Of a stretch of DNA of 64,000 nt, positions 1-10,700 are shown in pieces. Position numbers and translations under genes: made by a program. Origin of the DNA: Candidatus Bathyarchaeota archaeon (GTDB lineage: Archaea > Thermoproteota > Bathyarchaeia > Bathyarchaeales > Bathycorpusculaceae). Under the pieces are notes generated by a model. That model made no database searches. It had not been told where the DNA came from and was given only the letters and a program-made list of their open reading frames with translations. Numbering within the stretch: the first letter of the stretch is position 1; the number at the start of each line of letters is the position of its first letter. Where the stretch lies: the NCBI GenBank assembly GCA_963775895.1, contig CAVZKL010000016.1, positions 9,441-73,440 of the forward strand, given 5' to 3'.

Positions 1-1310
1 GTAGGTTGGCAAATGAAACGATGCCCGTGTCTGAGGCGAGTTTGTGTGCTTTCAGTAGCAGGGCTTTTGCTCTTTCGTCTGTGAATGTTTCGGGACGAAT
101 CTTCACGGTAAGGCTTAGGCCAGTGAGCGGTTTGCGTGTTCTTTCTTCATCGAGAACTTCGAGCAACAGGCTTGCTAGCAATTGAGCTTGTTCTTTGAAG
201 TCTTTGTACGCTCCGACGCGTTTTCCGAGGGCGCCGATTGCGGGTTTTTTTTCTAGGAAGTTGGGTGGAGTTAGTTCGAGGCCGAGTGAGACTTTTGTGT
301 GTCGAGTCAGGTTGGACGTGAGGAGGCGCAGTAGTTGTTTGATTTTGGTGGGTTCGACGTTTTTGGCGAAGGGGGACAGGAAGACGTTGAAGTAGTCGAC
401 TGTTTGTGTGTTGTCGACTTCTCTGGCGGTGTAGAGTAGTGCGTTGAGGGTGAGGTCAATGGCGTGTTCGAGGTCTTGCGGTGGTGGGTACGATTGAAGG
501 TTGGGGTTGATTTCTTCGAGGTTTAGGCCTTTTTCTATGAAGAATCTGAGGTCGTGCATTATCTCGCTTGGTCTTAGGATCCAAGAGTCTAGGTTGTCGA
601 TGTGCAGTGCTCCTGACAGGTGTGCGTCTGAGATGTCTCTTGGGAGGATGTTGAGCAGCGTGTATTCCTTGAACACGGTTTGTCCGGCAAGTTCTTGGAC
701 TGAGGGTGTTGCTTGGAGGTTTTTGTTCTTTGATTCGATAAGGTTGGTTACGTCGTGGACGGGGATGCCGAGCCTCGTCAGTTTGTGTCGGTACTCTTCG
801 AGGCCGTTTTCTATCAGGATGGTGTTTACGACTTCTCGCACGAGGGGGGCGGTGAGGTATTTGGTTTTTGAGCGGGTGAGTTGTTTTTCTGCTTCTTTGG
901 CGATTTTTTGTGCGAGTTCTGCGGGCATTTTCGCTTCTTTTATGAGTGAGTTGGCGATTTTGTTCGTGTCGAATTCTTCGAGTGCGAGGCGGCTGGTGCG
1001 GACGAGGGTGGTTTTGGTTTTGAGGGCTTTTTTGTCTATGCGGTCTGCGACGTCGATGACCATTTTGCCGAGTTCGGTGAGGAGGTATTTTCTCGTTTCG
1101 ACGTCCGTTTCGGCTAGGTCTGCTTTTAGCAGGAATTTTAGGTGGTAGGCGAATCTTCCGGCGTCTCGGCTTGGGTTCATTTTTAGTTGGTTCATGAGTT
1201 CTGTGTAGGAGAGGGGTCCTGTCGAAGAGTAGGTTGAGTATTTGCAGTCTCAGGGGTGAGGAGACGGCTTTGAGCACTCTTACTCCGCGTACGCGTTGCT
1301 GTGTGGACAT
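1..1310 (-). CDS. ArsR-like HTH + ATP-cone + class III ribonucleotide reductase (NrdD)-like fusion; frameshift near 1218; runs off window edge
   Basis: N-terminus LKAVSSPLRLQILNLL continues after a frameshift as SYTELMNQLKM..AGRFAYHLKFLL (HTH). It is followed by VRTSRLALEEFD..IANSLIKEA..LTAPLVREVVN..TRLGIPVHDV (ATP cone) and DAHLSGALHIDNL (NrdD). The frame stays open to position 1. Confidence 0.75.
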
Positions 1311-1411
1311 CCTTTCTCGCCAAACCCCTCGTAGTGATAAAGCGTATTATTGGCGGTGAGGGTTTAAAGCTGTTAGGGAATGCTGTTCTGTTCGGTTTGG
1401 TTGAGGGTGTT

Positions 1412-1489
1412 TATTCGCTGAAAAAAAGGTTATTGTGTACCTCACCCTCCTCGGTTTCAATGTATCGTGAATATTAGGATCCAAATATG
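1412..1489. repeat. 78-bp non-coding element, copy 1 (copy 2 at 59626-59703)
   Basis: tattcgctgaaaaaaaggttattgtgtacctcaccctcctcggtttcaatgtatcgtgaatattaggatccaaatatg; near-identical to copy 2, same orientation. Confidence 0.9.
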
Positions 1490-1577
1490 CTCGGGCTTTT
1501 GAATCATGAGTGATCTGAACACGTTTTTATTCTCCAGAGTGATCTTTGCTGGAAGTGTTGGTTGGAGTGATCTTACG

Positions 1578-1885
1578 ATGGGTCGGGGTGGTTTGTCAGA
1601 TGAATGGGATGAGGCTTCAGGGTCCTGGGAAGATTTTGTTCGAGGGGGAAAGGACTACTATCGCGATGAGATGAACAATCCTGCGATCTTCAAGGTGATT
1701 GGGAACGTCAGGAATGAGCGTGTCCTGGATTTGGCGTGCGGCGAAGGGTACAACACGAGGATTTTGGCAAGGAAAGGAGCCGCGGTGGTGGAAGATTTGT
1801 CTTCTCTATCACTCATCCTTGTTTCGAGTACGGTGACACAGTGAAGCACGAGCATTTGCTAACCCTAGTCTGCTCTCAAGCCTAG
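1578..1885 (+). pseudogene. Class I SAM methyltransferase remnant with internal deletion
   Basis: VLDLACGEGYNTRILARKGA (motif I) is joined out of frame to GGRFVFSITHPCFEY, the downstream motif of this family. Confidence 0.7.
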
Positions 1886-2016
1886 TTGCCTACGCAACCA
1901 TCGTCGTTCTCTCGACCGCCGTTCTCAGCGCAAAGAAACGCAAGAGAAAATAGGCTCGCTTTCTCCTTTTCTCTATACGACACCACGCAAGGATCGTACT
2001 GGAGGATCATTCGTAA

Positions 2017-3005
2017 ATGCCAAAGAATCAAAGAGAACGCTTGAAGAAGAATGAAACAATGCTCTCAAGAAGACAAATAGCCGTGATCATCGTCGCAGTC
2101 GTTCTTGTCGTGGGTGCTATATCTGCAGCTTTGCTGCTGCAAACTCCTCCCCAAAAAATCAGTTTTCCCCTTACTGCGGGTATCATTGATCCGTTAGCAG
2201 AAGAAATTCCAAACCCCTCGTTCGTAAAAAATGTCACGGAGACTCTCGAAACCCACGGCTTCAACGTCACCTACAACAATGGCACGTTGGGAGTCGGCTT
2301 CTTCCAGAACCTCGCCAAATATAATTACGGAATAATAATATTGCGAGCCCATTCCGCACTCAGAACGGATGGCTCAACCGTAGATCTGTTCACGTCTGAA
2401 CCATATGACCCTTCAGCGTACGCTGAACTACAGAACACCGGGTTGCTCGTAGAAGGTATCCTCAACTACACTACTGCCACATACTTTGCAATAACGTCCA
2501 AGTTCATAGAAAACTTGCAAGGGAATTTCCCGAAGAGCATCATCATCGCGATGGGCTGCAATACCCTAGCCCCTGGACTAGGCCAGCTTGCAGAAGCTTT
2601 CAACAAAAAAGGTGCCAGTGCTTTCATCGGTTGGAATGGTTACGTGGGAAACGTCGTCACTGACGATGAAACAGAAAACTTGGTTAACAAACTCATCGTG
2701 AACAACGAGACGGTCGGTCAAGCTATTGACGGGGTTTGGGATCTGACGTTTGGAAGCAAATGGAATGCTACCCTCAAAAAGCTCAGGATCTAAGAATATC
2801 CGACTTGACCCCAACTATTTCAGGTGCTTCTAACGCACAGTCTACGACATCAAACCCTTGGCAACGCCAGACTTCGAGCCACACGATTCTACAACTGGCG
2901 CAAAGCGGATCCTCAGTGACCGCGACCTTGACGAAGACGGAAATTCTCCAAGGAAGCAGAAGAATCAGACAGACTTGTTTGAGAACACAGCTCCAGTTGG
3001 ACTAG
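2017..3005 (+). CDS. Membrane-anchored hypothetical protein, probable frameshift near 2757
   Basis: N-terminal TM helix and 258-aa ORF; the overlapping frame 2736-3005 (MECYPQKAQDLRISDL) looks like the true C-terminus. Confidence 0.5.
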
Positions 3006-3321
3006 TCAGATATCTGAATCGCCTTGAAACTGCTAGATACAACTGGTTTCGAAGTCGTTCTCCCATCACCCCAGTCTTCTGCAGCTTTCTGATTTCGGCA
3101 GATAACACTTGATCCTCCAAGATCTCTGATGTCCATTTTTCAAAATCTCCGCGCCCAAGATGGAATTCCAAGGATTTCACGTTCACTTTGTTGATCTTTT
3201 CCATGAACTCCTTTAGTGAAGAAGCGCTCATACCTGTGTAGTTGCCAACTGACGTGTAGAACTGGAATGCCTTCTCTGCAGACACAGTCTTCAAGGGTTT
3301 CGGATTCATTTCGGAAGTCAT
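2965..3321 (-). CDS. DUF5752-like small protein
   Basis: AFQFY..G.YTG.SA.SLKEF..V..KSLEFH..RGDFEKW pattern. Confidence 0.7.
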   Translation of the reverse strand: MTSEMNPKPLKTVSAEKAFQFYTSVGNYTGMSASSLKEFMEKINKVNVKSLEFHLGRGDFEKWTSEILEDQVLSAEIRKLQKTGVMGERLRNQLYLAVSRRFRYLTSPTGAVFSNKSV

Positions 3322-3491
3322 ACAATTCCCCTATTTCTTAACATCGTTCCGTTAATAAGGATAACCCTTCAGTGACGATTCAACGAGATCGAAGCAGCCA
3401 CAATTTCAAACTCATCAACGCTAAAAGCGCCAACATTAAGCCGGTCAAAGACTTGATAAAGGCGATCGGCAGATTTATAGATGTGAAAACG

Positions 3492-4097
3492 ATGTCCGAA
3501 GACGCCGACAGGATGAAGAGGCTCATCACGTTCAAAAAGAAGCTTGAAACGAGAATAGAGGAGCTTGACATTGAACTCAAGGATCTGAAATCAACGCTTG
3601 AAATTGTCAACTCAATTGTGCTAGAGAAAGGATTCAAGCGACCAGAAATCAGCACCAAATCTGCAGTCACAGCATCGATCGGAGAAAAAGAAGAATCGGC
3701 GGCACCCGAAGGAGTCGTCAGGACTGACAGCGAGCTTCAAGACATCACTGTCCTGAAATCTGACAACGGCGAAGTTCTGGCAGACCTTCATGTTGAAGAT
3801 GACGGTTCATTGCACGTTGTGCTGGCCAAGGACAAAGACTTTGACATCAATACGCCACCTTTCAATCAGTTTCTCATTCAGAGGGTGCTGTTAAAAATGC
3901 AAGAGAGAGACAGCGAACTCGTGAGATCTGGCCAGCTTTCGGCCGAAGGAATTTTGGGTTTTGACGTAATTCGAGACGGTGACACCGTACGTGAGCTGGT
4001 TATTAGAAACTTTGATGGCGATCGTTTGAGAGAGCTGAAATCAAGCATTCGCTGGACTCTTGAAAAGATGTTCGAGAAGATGAGAGGGCAAAACTAG
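3492..4097 (+). CDS. Conserved hypothetical protein with N-terminal coiled coil
   Basis: Long ORF; likely start MSEDADR; coiled-coil N-terminus; ends LKSSIRWTLEKM. Confidence 0.7.
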   Translation: MSEDADRMKRLITFKKKLETRIEELDIELKDLKSTLEIVNSIVLEKGFKRPEISTKSAVTASIGEKEESAAPEGVVRTDSELQDITVLKSDNGEVLADLHVEDDGSLHVVLAKDKDFDINTPPFNQFLIQRVLLKMQERDSELVRSGQLSAEGILGFDVIRDGDTVRELVIRNFDGDRLRELKSSIRWTLEKMFEKMRGQN

Positions 4098-4101
4098 GAT
4101 T

Positions 4102-4677
4102 TCACTTTGCACGATCAAAATAGATGTTCTTGCCGTGAGCCGAAACCGGAATCCCGATGATGGTCGAGGATCCAGGCATCAACTTTAACCTTATCGCGGC
4201 ACTGCCAACGGTGAACATCATCCTGTTATCAACATTCAACAGGCTCGCCGTCTTGACTGCAGAACACAAGGCTATTCCCAAGTCAAGCATTTTGAAAACA
4301 CAGGTCGGACCAAAGAAGTCTTTTCCGAGTTTCTTCTCCTTTTCTCCAAAAGCCCTGCACGTCGAAAAACCACATCCACCGCAATCCAGTCCGACACTCT
4401 TGTCTCCTCTGACACCAACTAGAATGATGGCTTCAGATTCTCTTACGTTCTTAGCGTCACGCTCAAACACCTTATGCGGATGTCCACCCCGTTCCAGACC
4501 AATCTCTTCCATCTTTTTGGCAATCGCATCTTTTTCTGCACCGTGCAAAATCAGCGTCAGAATGTCGTCCACACCTGTAGCCTTGGGCGCTGTTCGTGCC
4601 GCGACAAGCATTGCCTTTGCAGCAGCCAAAATGGCTTCCTCTTCAGCTCCTTTGCTTCCTATTATTGGTGGCTTCAC
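4102..4677 (-). CDS. DUF2148 / ferredoxin-domain protein
   Basis: AARTAPK, CGGCGFSTC, DLGIALCSA, VDNRMM motifs. Confidence 0.85.
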   Translation of the reverse strand: MKPPIIGSKGAEEEAILAAAKAMLVAARTAPKATGVDDILTLILHGAEKDAIAKKMEEIGLERGGHPHKVFERDAKNVRESEAIILVGVRGDKSVGLDCGGCGFSTCRAFGEKEKKLGKDFFGPTCVFKMLDLGIALCSAVKTASLLNVDNRMMFTVGSAAIRLKLMPGSSTIIGIPVSAHGKNIYFDRAK

Positions 4678-4874
4678 GGTTGGACCTCACGATTCCAATT
4701 TACTAAGAAATATCTTTGCAACTTAATAACGTTGATTTGTTACCAGCCTGTAAAGGCCTTTTTCAGAAGATCGACTACGATGTTCAACTGGCCCGTAGGC
4801 CCCACGGCCAAGAAAGATATTCCCAAAAGAAGCAAGAGTGCTCCTATCATTCTGCGTTGCTGCACGTCCATGTT

Positions 4875-5309
4875 CTATCCCAGATGTTTGTTCAACGAGG
4901 CTTCAATGTGCTTTTTCGGAACGCAACCGACGATTCTGTCTACTTCTTTTCCATTCTTCATGATAATTAGTGTCGGTATACTGAAAACTTGGAAATTCTC
5001 CGCAGTCTGCGGGTTCTGATCAACGTTGAGTTTCCCAATGAATACCTTTCCCATGTATTCTTTGTGGAGTTCTTCGACCGTCGGAGCTAAGGCTCGACAT
5101 GGACCACACCACTCTGCCCAGAAATCGACAAGAACTAGAGGGTACTTCTTGACCGTTTCATCAAAATCTGAATCTGTCACGTGAACAGGTTTGTCACTCA
5201 TGTCTTTTCTCGCCTTTAGCTCCGCCAGTTTCCTCCATCGTATACGCTTCAGTTCTTCGTTCTCCTCTGATATAAATTGTTCGTGTTCCCCTGCCCATCC
5301 ATGAATCAT
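4875..5309 (-). CDS. trxA: Thioredoxin
   Basis: VDFWAEWCGPC active site, SIPTL. Confidence 0.95.
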   Translation of the reverse strand: MIHGWAGEHEQFISEENEELKRIRWRKLAELKARKDMSDKPVHVTDSDFDETVKKYPLVLVDFWAEWCGPCRALAPTVEELHKEYMGKVFIGKLNVDQNPQTAENFQVFSIPTLIIMKNGKEVDRIVGCVPKKHIEASLNKHLG

Positions 5310-5750
5310 CTATGTTTTTTGCGTTCTGCTCACTGAACAAGCTCGCACAAGTTTTCCATAGGCGACTGCTGGATCGTCAACCTTTTCAACCAACTTCTCA
5401 AATGGACAAGTCTTCGTCTTATTAGCGTTCAATACTCTCTTCACAAGAGTGTCCCACTCCAGATGGATCTCGTTTTCTTCCAAGAAGATCTTTGCCTTCT
5501 GACTCAGAGTCTGCGCATGAACTGATTTCACTTTGGAATAAACGCACATCAAGGCAATGGCTTTTCCCACAACCTTATCGGCAACGGAAGCGCCTTCAAA
5601 TTGAACTCCGAGTCTATCAATGGCTTCCAAAAAGCCTGACACCCCCCGCAACTTGGATTCAAGAATCACTTTGTTATCTTTCACAACGACAAGCGTCAAC
5701 TCTGCACTGCGGATCCGACTTTTCGCAACATCAAGATCAGTCACATTCAC
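5310..5750 (-). CDS. DUF1893 family protein
   Basis: VADKVVGKAIA and CPFEKLV motifs. Confidence 0.85.
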   Translation of the reverse strand: MNVTDLDVAKSRIRSAELTLVVVKDNKVILESKLRGVSGFLEAIDRLGVQFEGASVADKVVGKAIALMCVYSKVKSVHAQTLSQKAKIFLEENEIHLEWDTLVKRVLNANKTKTCPFEKLVEKVDDPAVAYGKLVRACSVSRTQKT

Positions 5751-6232
5751 GTTCTTTCTTCCAGCTTTCGCAATCGAAGGTGTCCAGATTTTTCTATCGT
5801 GAAAAGCTCGTTTTCTGGCATCGAAGCAACTTGCGCTGCAAGTTCTTCGTTAGTCACTCCGTTGCCAAATCGGTTCATCAACTCTTCTATTACGCCGCGT
5901 TTCACGCATATCGTAAGAGCTCGCTTCGGATTCTGGACTTGAAAACTGCCGCATATCTCTTGTTCTGATTTTTCTATCTCAAGTTTCTGATTTCCGATGG
6001 TGCAATGTGTTGTTGATTGTATCCCATCGATGGTGCATGAAAACGGCGTAGTCTGGGGGACTTTTATCGTTACTTGAAACGTGAACTCATTCCCCGTACG
6101 GCTTCTGAGGATTTCTTTCGCAGCTTTTCCCATTCTCACGCCGATGACGAGAAACGGTCCTAAGTGTCCGTGCAGTTTCACTGCATCATCTATTGCCTTC
6201 TCAAGCTCTTTCTCTCTGGTCTTTGTTTCCAA
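5747..6232 (-). CDS. FmdE family protein
   Basis: HGHLGPFLVIGVRMG and CTIDGIQSTTHCTIGN. Confidence 0.85.
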   Translation of the reverse strand: METKTREKELEKAIDDAVKLHGHLGPFLVIGVRMGKAAKEILRSRTGNEFTFQVTIKVPQTTPFSCTIDGIQSTTHCTIGNQKLEIEKSEQEICGSFQVQNPKRALTICVKRGVIEELMNRFGNGVTNEELAAQVASMPENELFTIEKSGHLRLRKLEERT

Positions 6233-6274
6233 TTTTTTCCAACCTTGCGTCGTTCCGCCGTTTTCAGTATAATC

Positions 6275-7183
6275 CTACTTCAACTCAAACATTCTTTCAA
6301 GAGCTTTCCTCGCCTTCTTGGCAATGGGTGCTGGAACTTTGACCACATACTTTTCTTCTTTGAGTGAGGCATAGATTCTTTCCAGAGTGTTAAGCTTCAT
6401 GTTCGGACAGACAGCCCCGGCATACGCTAGGATGAAAGTCTTCTCCGGATTGTCTTTCCTCAGTCGGTGGAGTACTCCCTCCTCTGTTGCCACGATTAAG
6501 GTTTTCGCGCAACTCTTTTTGGCGTATCTGCAAATCTGCGAGGTGCTTCCGACGAAATCTGCCATCTTCTGCACTTCAGATGTGCATTCTGGGTGAACCA
6601 GAACAACCGCATGAGGCTGCTCCATCTTGAGTATCTGAATATCCTCAGGTTGAAACAGCAGGTGTGTGGGACAGAACCCCCACTCTGGAATCGGAATCAC
6701 AGTTTTCCCTGTTTGCCTTTGAACGTATTCGGCGAGGTTTCGGTCTGGTCCAAAAAGCACTTTGTCAGCTTTCAAGGATGCAACAACTTGAACAGCGTTG
6801 GCAGATGTGCAACAGATGTCGCTTTGCGCCTTGGCTTCAGCCAAAGTGTTAACGTAAACGACCACAGGCACTCCGGGATGCAGTGATTTTGCCCGTTTGA
6901 TCTCTTCCACCGTCAACATCTGCGCCATCGGACAACGCGCACCGAGCGAGGGCAGGAGCACCTTCTTTTCAGGGTTTAATATCGCGGCCGATTCCGCCAT
7001 GAAATCAACTGCCGCGAAAACTATGATCTTCGCTTCCAGTTCTTCCATGGCCTTTCTGCTCAGTTCAATGCTATCGCCAATGTAGTCTGCAATGTCCTGA
7101 ACCTCAGGTCTCTGATAGTTGTGAGCCAGAATAATCGCGTTCTTCTCCTTTTTCAACTTGGCTATCTCTTCGGCAAGAGTCAT
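6275..7183 (-). CDS. nadA: Quinolinate synthase A
   Basis: ILAHNYQ, FMAESA, CPMA, YVNT, HPEC, CPNMK. Confidence 0.97.
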   Translation of the reverse strand: MTLAEEIAKLKKEKNAIILAHNYQRPEVQDIADYIGDSIELSRKAMEELEAKIIVFAAVDFMAESAAILNPEKKVLLPSLGARCPMAQMLTVEEIKRAKSLHPGVPVVVYVNTLAEAKAQSDICCTSANAVQVVASLKADKVLFGPDRNLAEYVQRQTGKTVIPIPEWGFCPTHLLFQPEDIQILKMEQPHAVVLVHPECTSEVQKMADFVGSTSQICRYAKKSCAKTLIVATEEGVLHRLRKDNPEKTFILAYAGAVCPNMKLNTLERIYASLKEEKYVVKVPAPIAKKARKALERMFELK

Positions 7184-7310
7184 GCTTTCGCCTTGAATGG
7201 AATCACGTGTCTAGGTAAATGGAAAGATATATGCGTTTACCCAAACACTCAGAATTCTCTACTATGCTTTCCAGAATCAGTTCTCTGCGGACGATGCAGA
7301 ACGGGGATAG

Positions 7311-7416
7311 TGCAGGGGGTGAGATTTGAACTCACGTACCCCTTCGGGACGGGATCTTGAGTCCCGCGCATAAAGCCCCATCTATCGCGGGTTTGGCCAT
7401 GCTCTGCTACCCCTGC
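7311..7416 (-). tRNA. tRNA-Leu(CAA) with 21-nt D-loop intron (7372-7392)
   Basis: Acceptor stem GCAGGGG/CCCCTGC-A, anticodon arm CGGGA-CTCAAGA-TCCCG, long variable arm, GTTCAAATC T-loop; BHB motif around the insert. Confidence 0.92.
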
Positions 7417-7720
7417 ACCTCTCCCAGAACTACGCCTTCTTTCTTATTAATTATTTCTGGAAAGTGAGGCATGATTCATCTCTTCGATCATTTTCAATGC
7501 TAAGAAGCGATGCTTGCTTCATGGATGTAACGAAGCGAAAACCATGCATCATACATAAAAAAGTTTATTAGAAAGCTGTGTTGTTTACGTTTTAGCTCTT
7601 TAATATTGGCGACCATTTTTCAAGTTGGAATGACCCAACAGTCGGAGGAAATTGAAAATTTGGAGAAACCCGCACCGAAACGCGTTCGCGCAAGTCTAAA
7701 CGTGTAGTTGCGGGAGATGG

Positions 7721-10700
7721 TTGAAATTGACTGAAATATCGAAAGAAGATACCCATGTGATGCTGGACGCATTTTTTAAAGATAAAGGCTTGGTTCGTCA
7801 GCATTTAGACTCTTTTAACGAGTTTATTGATCGGGGACTGCAAGAAGTGATAGATGAAGTAGGCGAGATCCCAATTGAAGTCCCTGAAAGCCCGTACAAG
7901 GTTAAGCTAGGTCAAATCTGGATCATTGACCCTCAGACGAGAATAACCGGACCATACGCGACCGAAGTGGACGGGACCAAACATGAAATCTACCCGTTGG
8001 AAGCCAGACTCAGAAACCTGACTTACGCAGCGCCTGTTGCCCTTGAAATGACTCCCGTCATAGATGGGCGAGAACAGGACACCGAACTCGTCTACATCGG
8101 AAACATCCCTGTGATGTTGAAGTCAAAACTGTGCTTCCTGTCGCAATTGTCAAGAGAAGAACTGATTGCATGCGGAGAGGACCCTGATGATCCTGGGGGT
8201 TATTTCGTCGTCAACGGTTCAGAGCGTGTAATAGTCGCTATGGAGGATTTGGCGCCCAACCGCATAATCGTGGATATTGATGAAAAGGGCGCAACACCAG
8301 TTTACATGTCAAAAATATTCTCGACTACGGTTGGCTTCAGAGCAAGAATCGAATTGAAGATCAAATCCGACGGTGCGCTTTACGTTTCTATGCCGGGTGT
8401 TCCTTCTGAAGTTCCGTTCGTCGTGTTGATGCGGGCCCTAGGGCTTGAATCAGACAGAGAGATCGCTGAAGCAATTTCTTTGGACAAAGACATTCAAGCT
8501 GTTTTAGACCCTTCTTATGAAAAGGCTTTAGGAGTGGACACGGCTAAAGACGCAATTCTGTTCATTGGCAACCGCGTTGCCCATGGACAAGTTGAAGAGT
8601 ACCGACTTCAGAAGGCCGTGACTGCAATAGACAAGAATTTCCTACCGCATATAGGAAGAATAGAACAAAAGAGAAGGGACAAAGCACTGTTCTTGGGCGA
8701 GATGGCCTGTAGAGCGATTGAACTGCAGCTTGGAAGGAGAAAGCCCGATGACAAAGATCATTTCAAAAACAAAAGGCTAAGGTTAGCAGGACCACTTCTT
8801 GCCGATCTATTTAGAGTCGCATTCAGAAACCTCACACGTGACATAAAATATCAGCTTGAACGCATCGGCGTGAAGGGTCCGATAATAACCGTTTCTGCTG
8901 CCGTTCGGCCTGGCATAATAGCTGAAAGGTTCCAACACGCCCTGGCAACGGGAAACTGGGGAAGGGGAAGAGTTGGCATAACTCAGCTTCTCGACAGGAC
9001 AAACCACATTTCAACGTTAAGTCATCTGCGACGATTACAGTCTCCACTGAGCAGGAGTCAACCCAACTTCGAAGCAAGAGACCTACACGCGACACATTGG
9101 GGGCGCTTGTGCCCGAACGAGACGCCTGAAGGTTCAAACTGTGGCCTGGTCAAGAACCTTGCCCTATCTGCGTCCATCTCCGTGGGCGTTAACCCAGAGA
9201 AGATCAAACAACTTTTGTTTGGTAGCGGTGTTACCCCAGTCCTTGAAGCCAGCAACGACTTGAAGCTCAACGGAGCCAAGGTCTTTGTTGACGGCAACAT
9301 CGTAGGCTACTGCAATAATCCTGAACAGTTGGCGCGAGAATTTAGGGACAAGAGACGGAGAAGCGAAACATCAACGGAAGTAAACATCGCTTACTTCTCA
9401 AAATCGCAGGTTGAAAGGGAAGAGATCTATATCAACTGCGACGAGGGCAGGGTCAGAAGAGCTCTTATAATAGTCGACAACGGCGTTCCAAGACTTCAAC
9501 CTGAACACGTGGAAAAGATCGCAACCGGAGAATGGGCGTGGGAAGATCTCGTAAAAAACGGTGCAGTTGAATACTTGGACGCTGAAGAAGAGGAAAACGC
9601 TTACGTGGCATTGAGCAATGAAAGTTTGGGATTGGACCACACTCATTTGGAAATCGCAACCTACACGATTCTTGGAATCTGCGCCTCAACAATTCCATAC
9701 GCCGAACACAACCAGTCACCGCGCAATTCCTATCAAGCAGCGATGGCAAAACAAGCATTAGGAGTCTATTCAACTAATTTCCAGCAACGTGTAGATTCAA
9801 GATCACACATCCTGCATTACCCGCAAGTGCCACTTGCAGAGACCGCCTTAATGGACACGATGGGCTACAAACTGCGCCCCTCAGGACAAAACTACGTTGT
9901 CGCCGTGCTTTCCTTCGAAGGCTACAACATGGAAGACGCCTTAGTCTTCAACAAAGCATCGATAGAAAGAGGCTTGGGCCGCTCCACTTTCTTCAGGATC
10001 TACGAAGCAGAATGCCGCCAATACCTCGGAGGGTTGAAAGACAAGTTCACTCTGCCTGAGGCAGGAACTCGTGGATACAGAGGCGAACAATACTATCGGT
10101 TGCTAGAACCAGACGGCATAATAGGGTTGGAATCAGGCGTTGCAGGCGGGGATGTGCTCATCGGTCGCATAAGTCCGCCAAGATTCCTAGAGGAGTACAA
10201 GGAATTTGAAGTCAAAGGTCCGTCAATGCGTGACACTTCGGTCGATATGCGTCCGTCAGAAACTGGCACTGTTGACGCTATTTTCATTACGGAATCTGGA
10301 GACGGGAGCAAGCTGGTTAAGGTCAGGGTCCGAGATCAGCGTGTGCCCGAGCTGGGCGACAAGTTTGCTTCGCGACACGGACAAAAAGGCGTTATCGGAC
10401 TGATTGTCCCTCAAGAAGACATGCCTTTCACGGAAGATGGAATCGTACCCGACTTGATCATCAATCCTCACGCCATTCCTTCGAGAATGACGGTTGGACA
10501 GTTCATAGAGTCGCTGGCTGGAAAAGTCGCTTCTGCGCGTGGAAAACCAGTCGATGGAACGCCGTTCTCAAACGAAGGACCAACTGAGCTTAGAACCGAG
10601 TTAATAAAGCTCGGTTTCAGCAGCACAGGTGCAGAAGTATTCTACAGCGGCGTCACTGGTCAGAAATTCGTGGCAGACGTTTACGTCGGTGTGGTTCACT

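Noticed and set aside
456-1218. Arg/Pro-rich 284-aa ORF (after residue ~31) and antisense ORF 501-1148
   Set aside because: Off-frame and antisense shadows of the frameshifted HTH-NrdD gene
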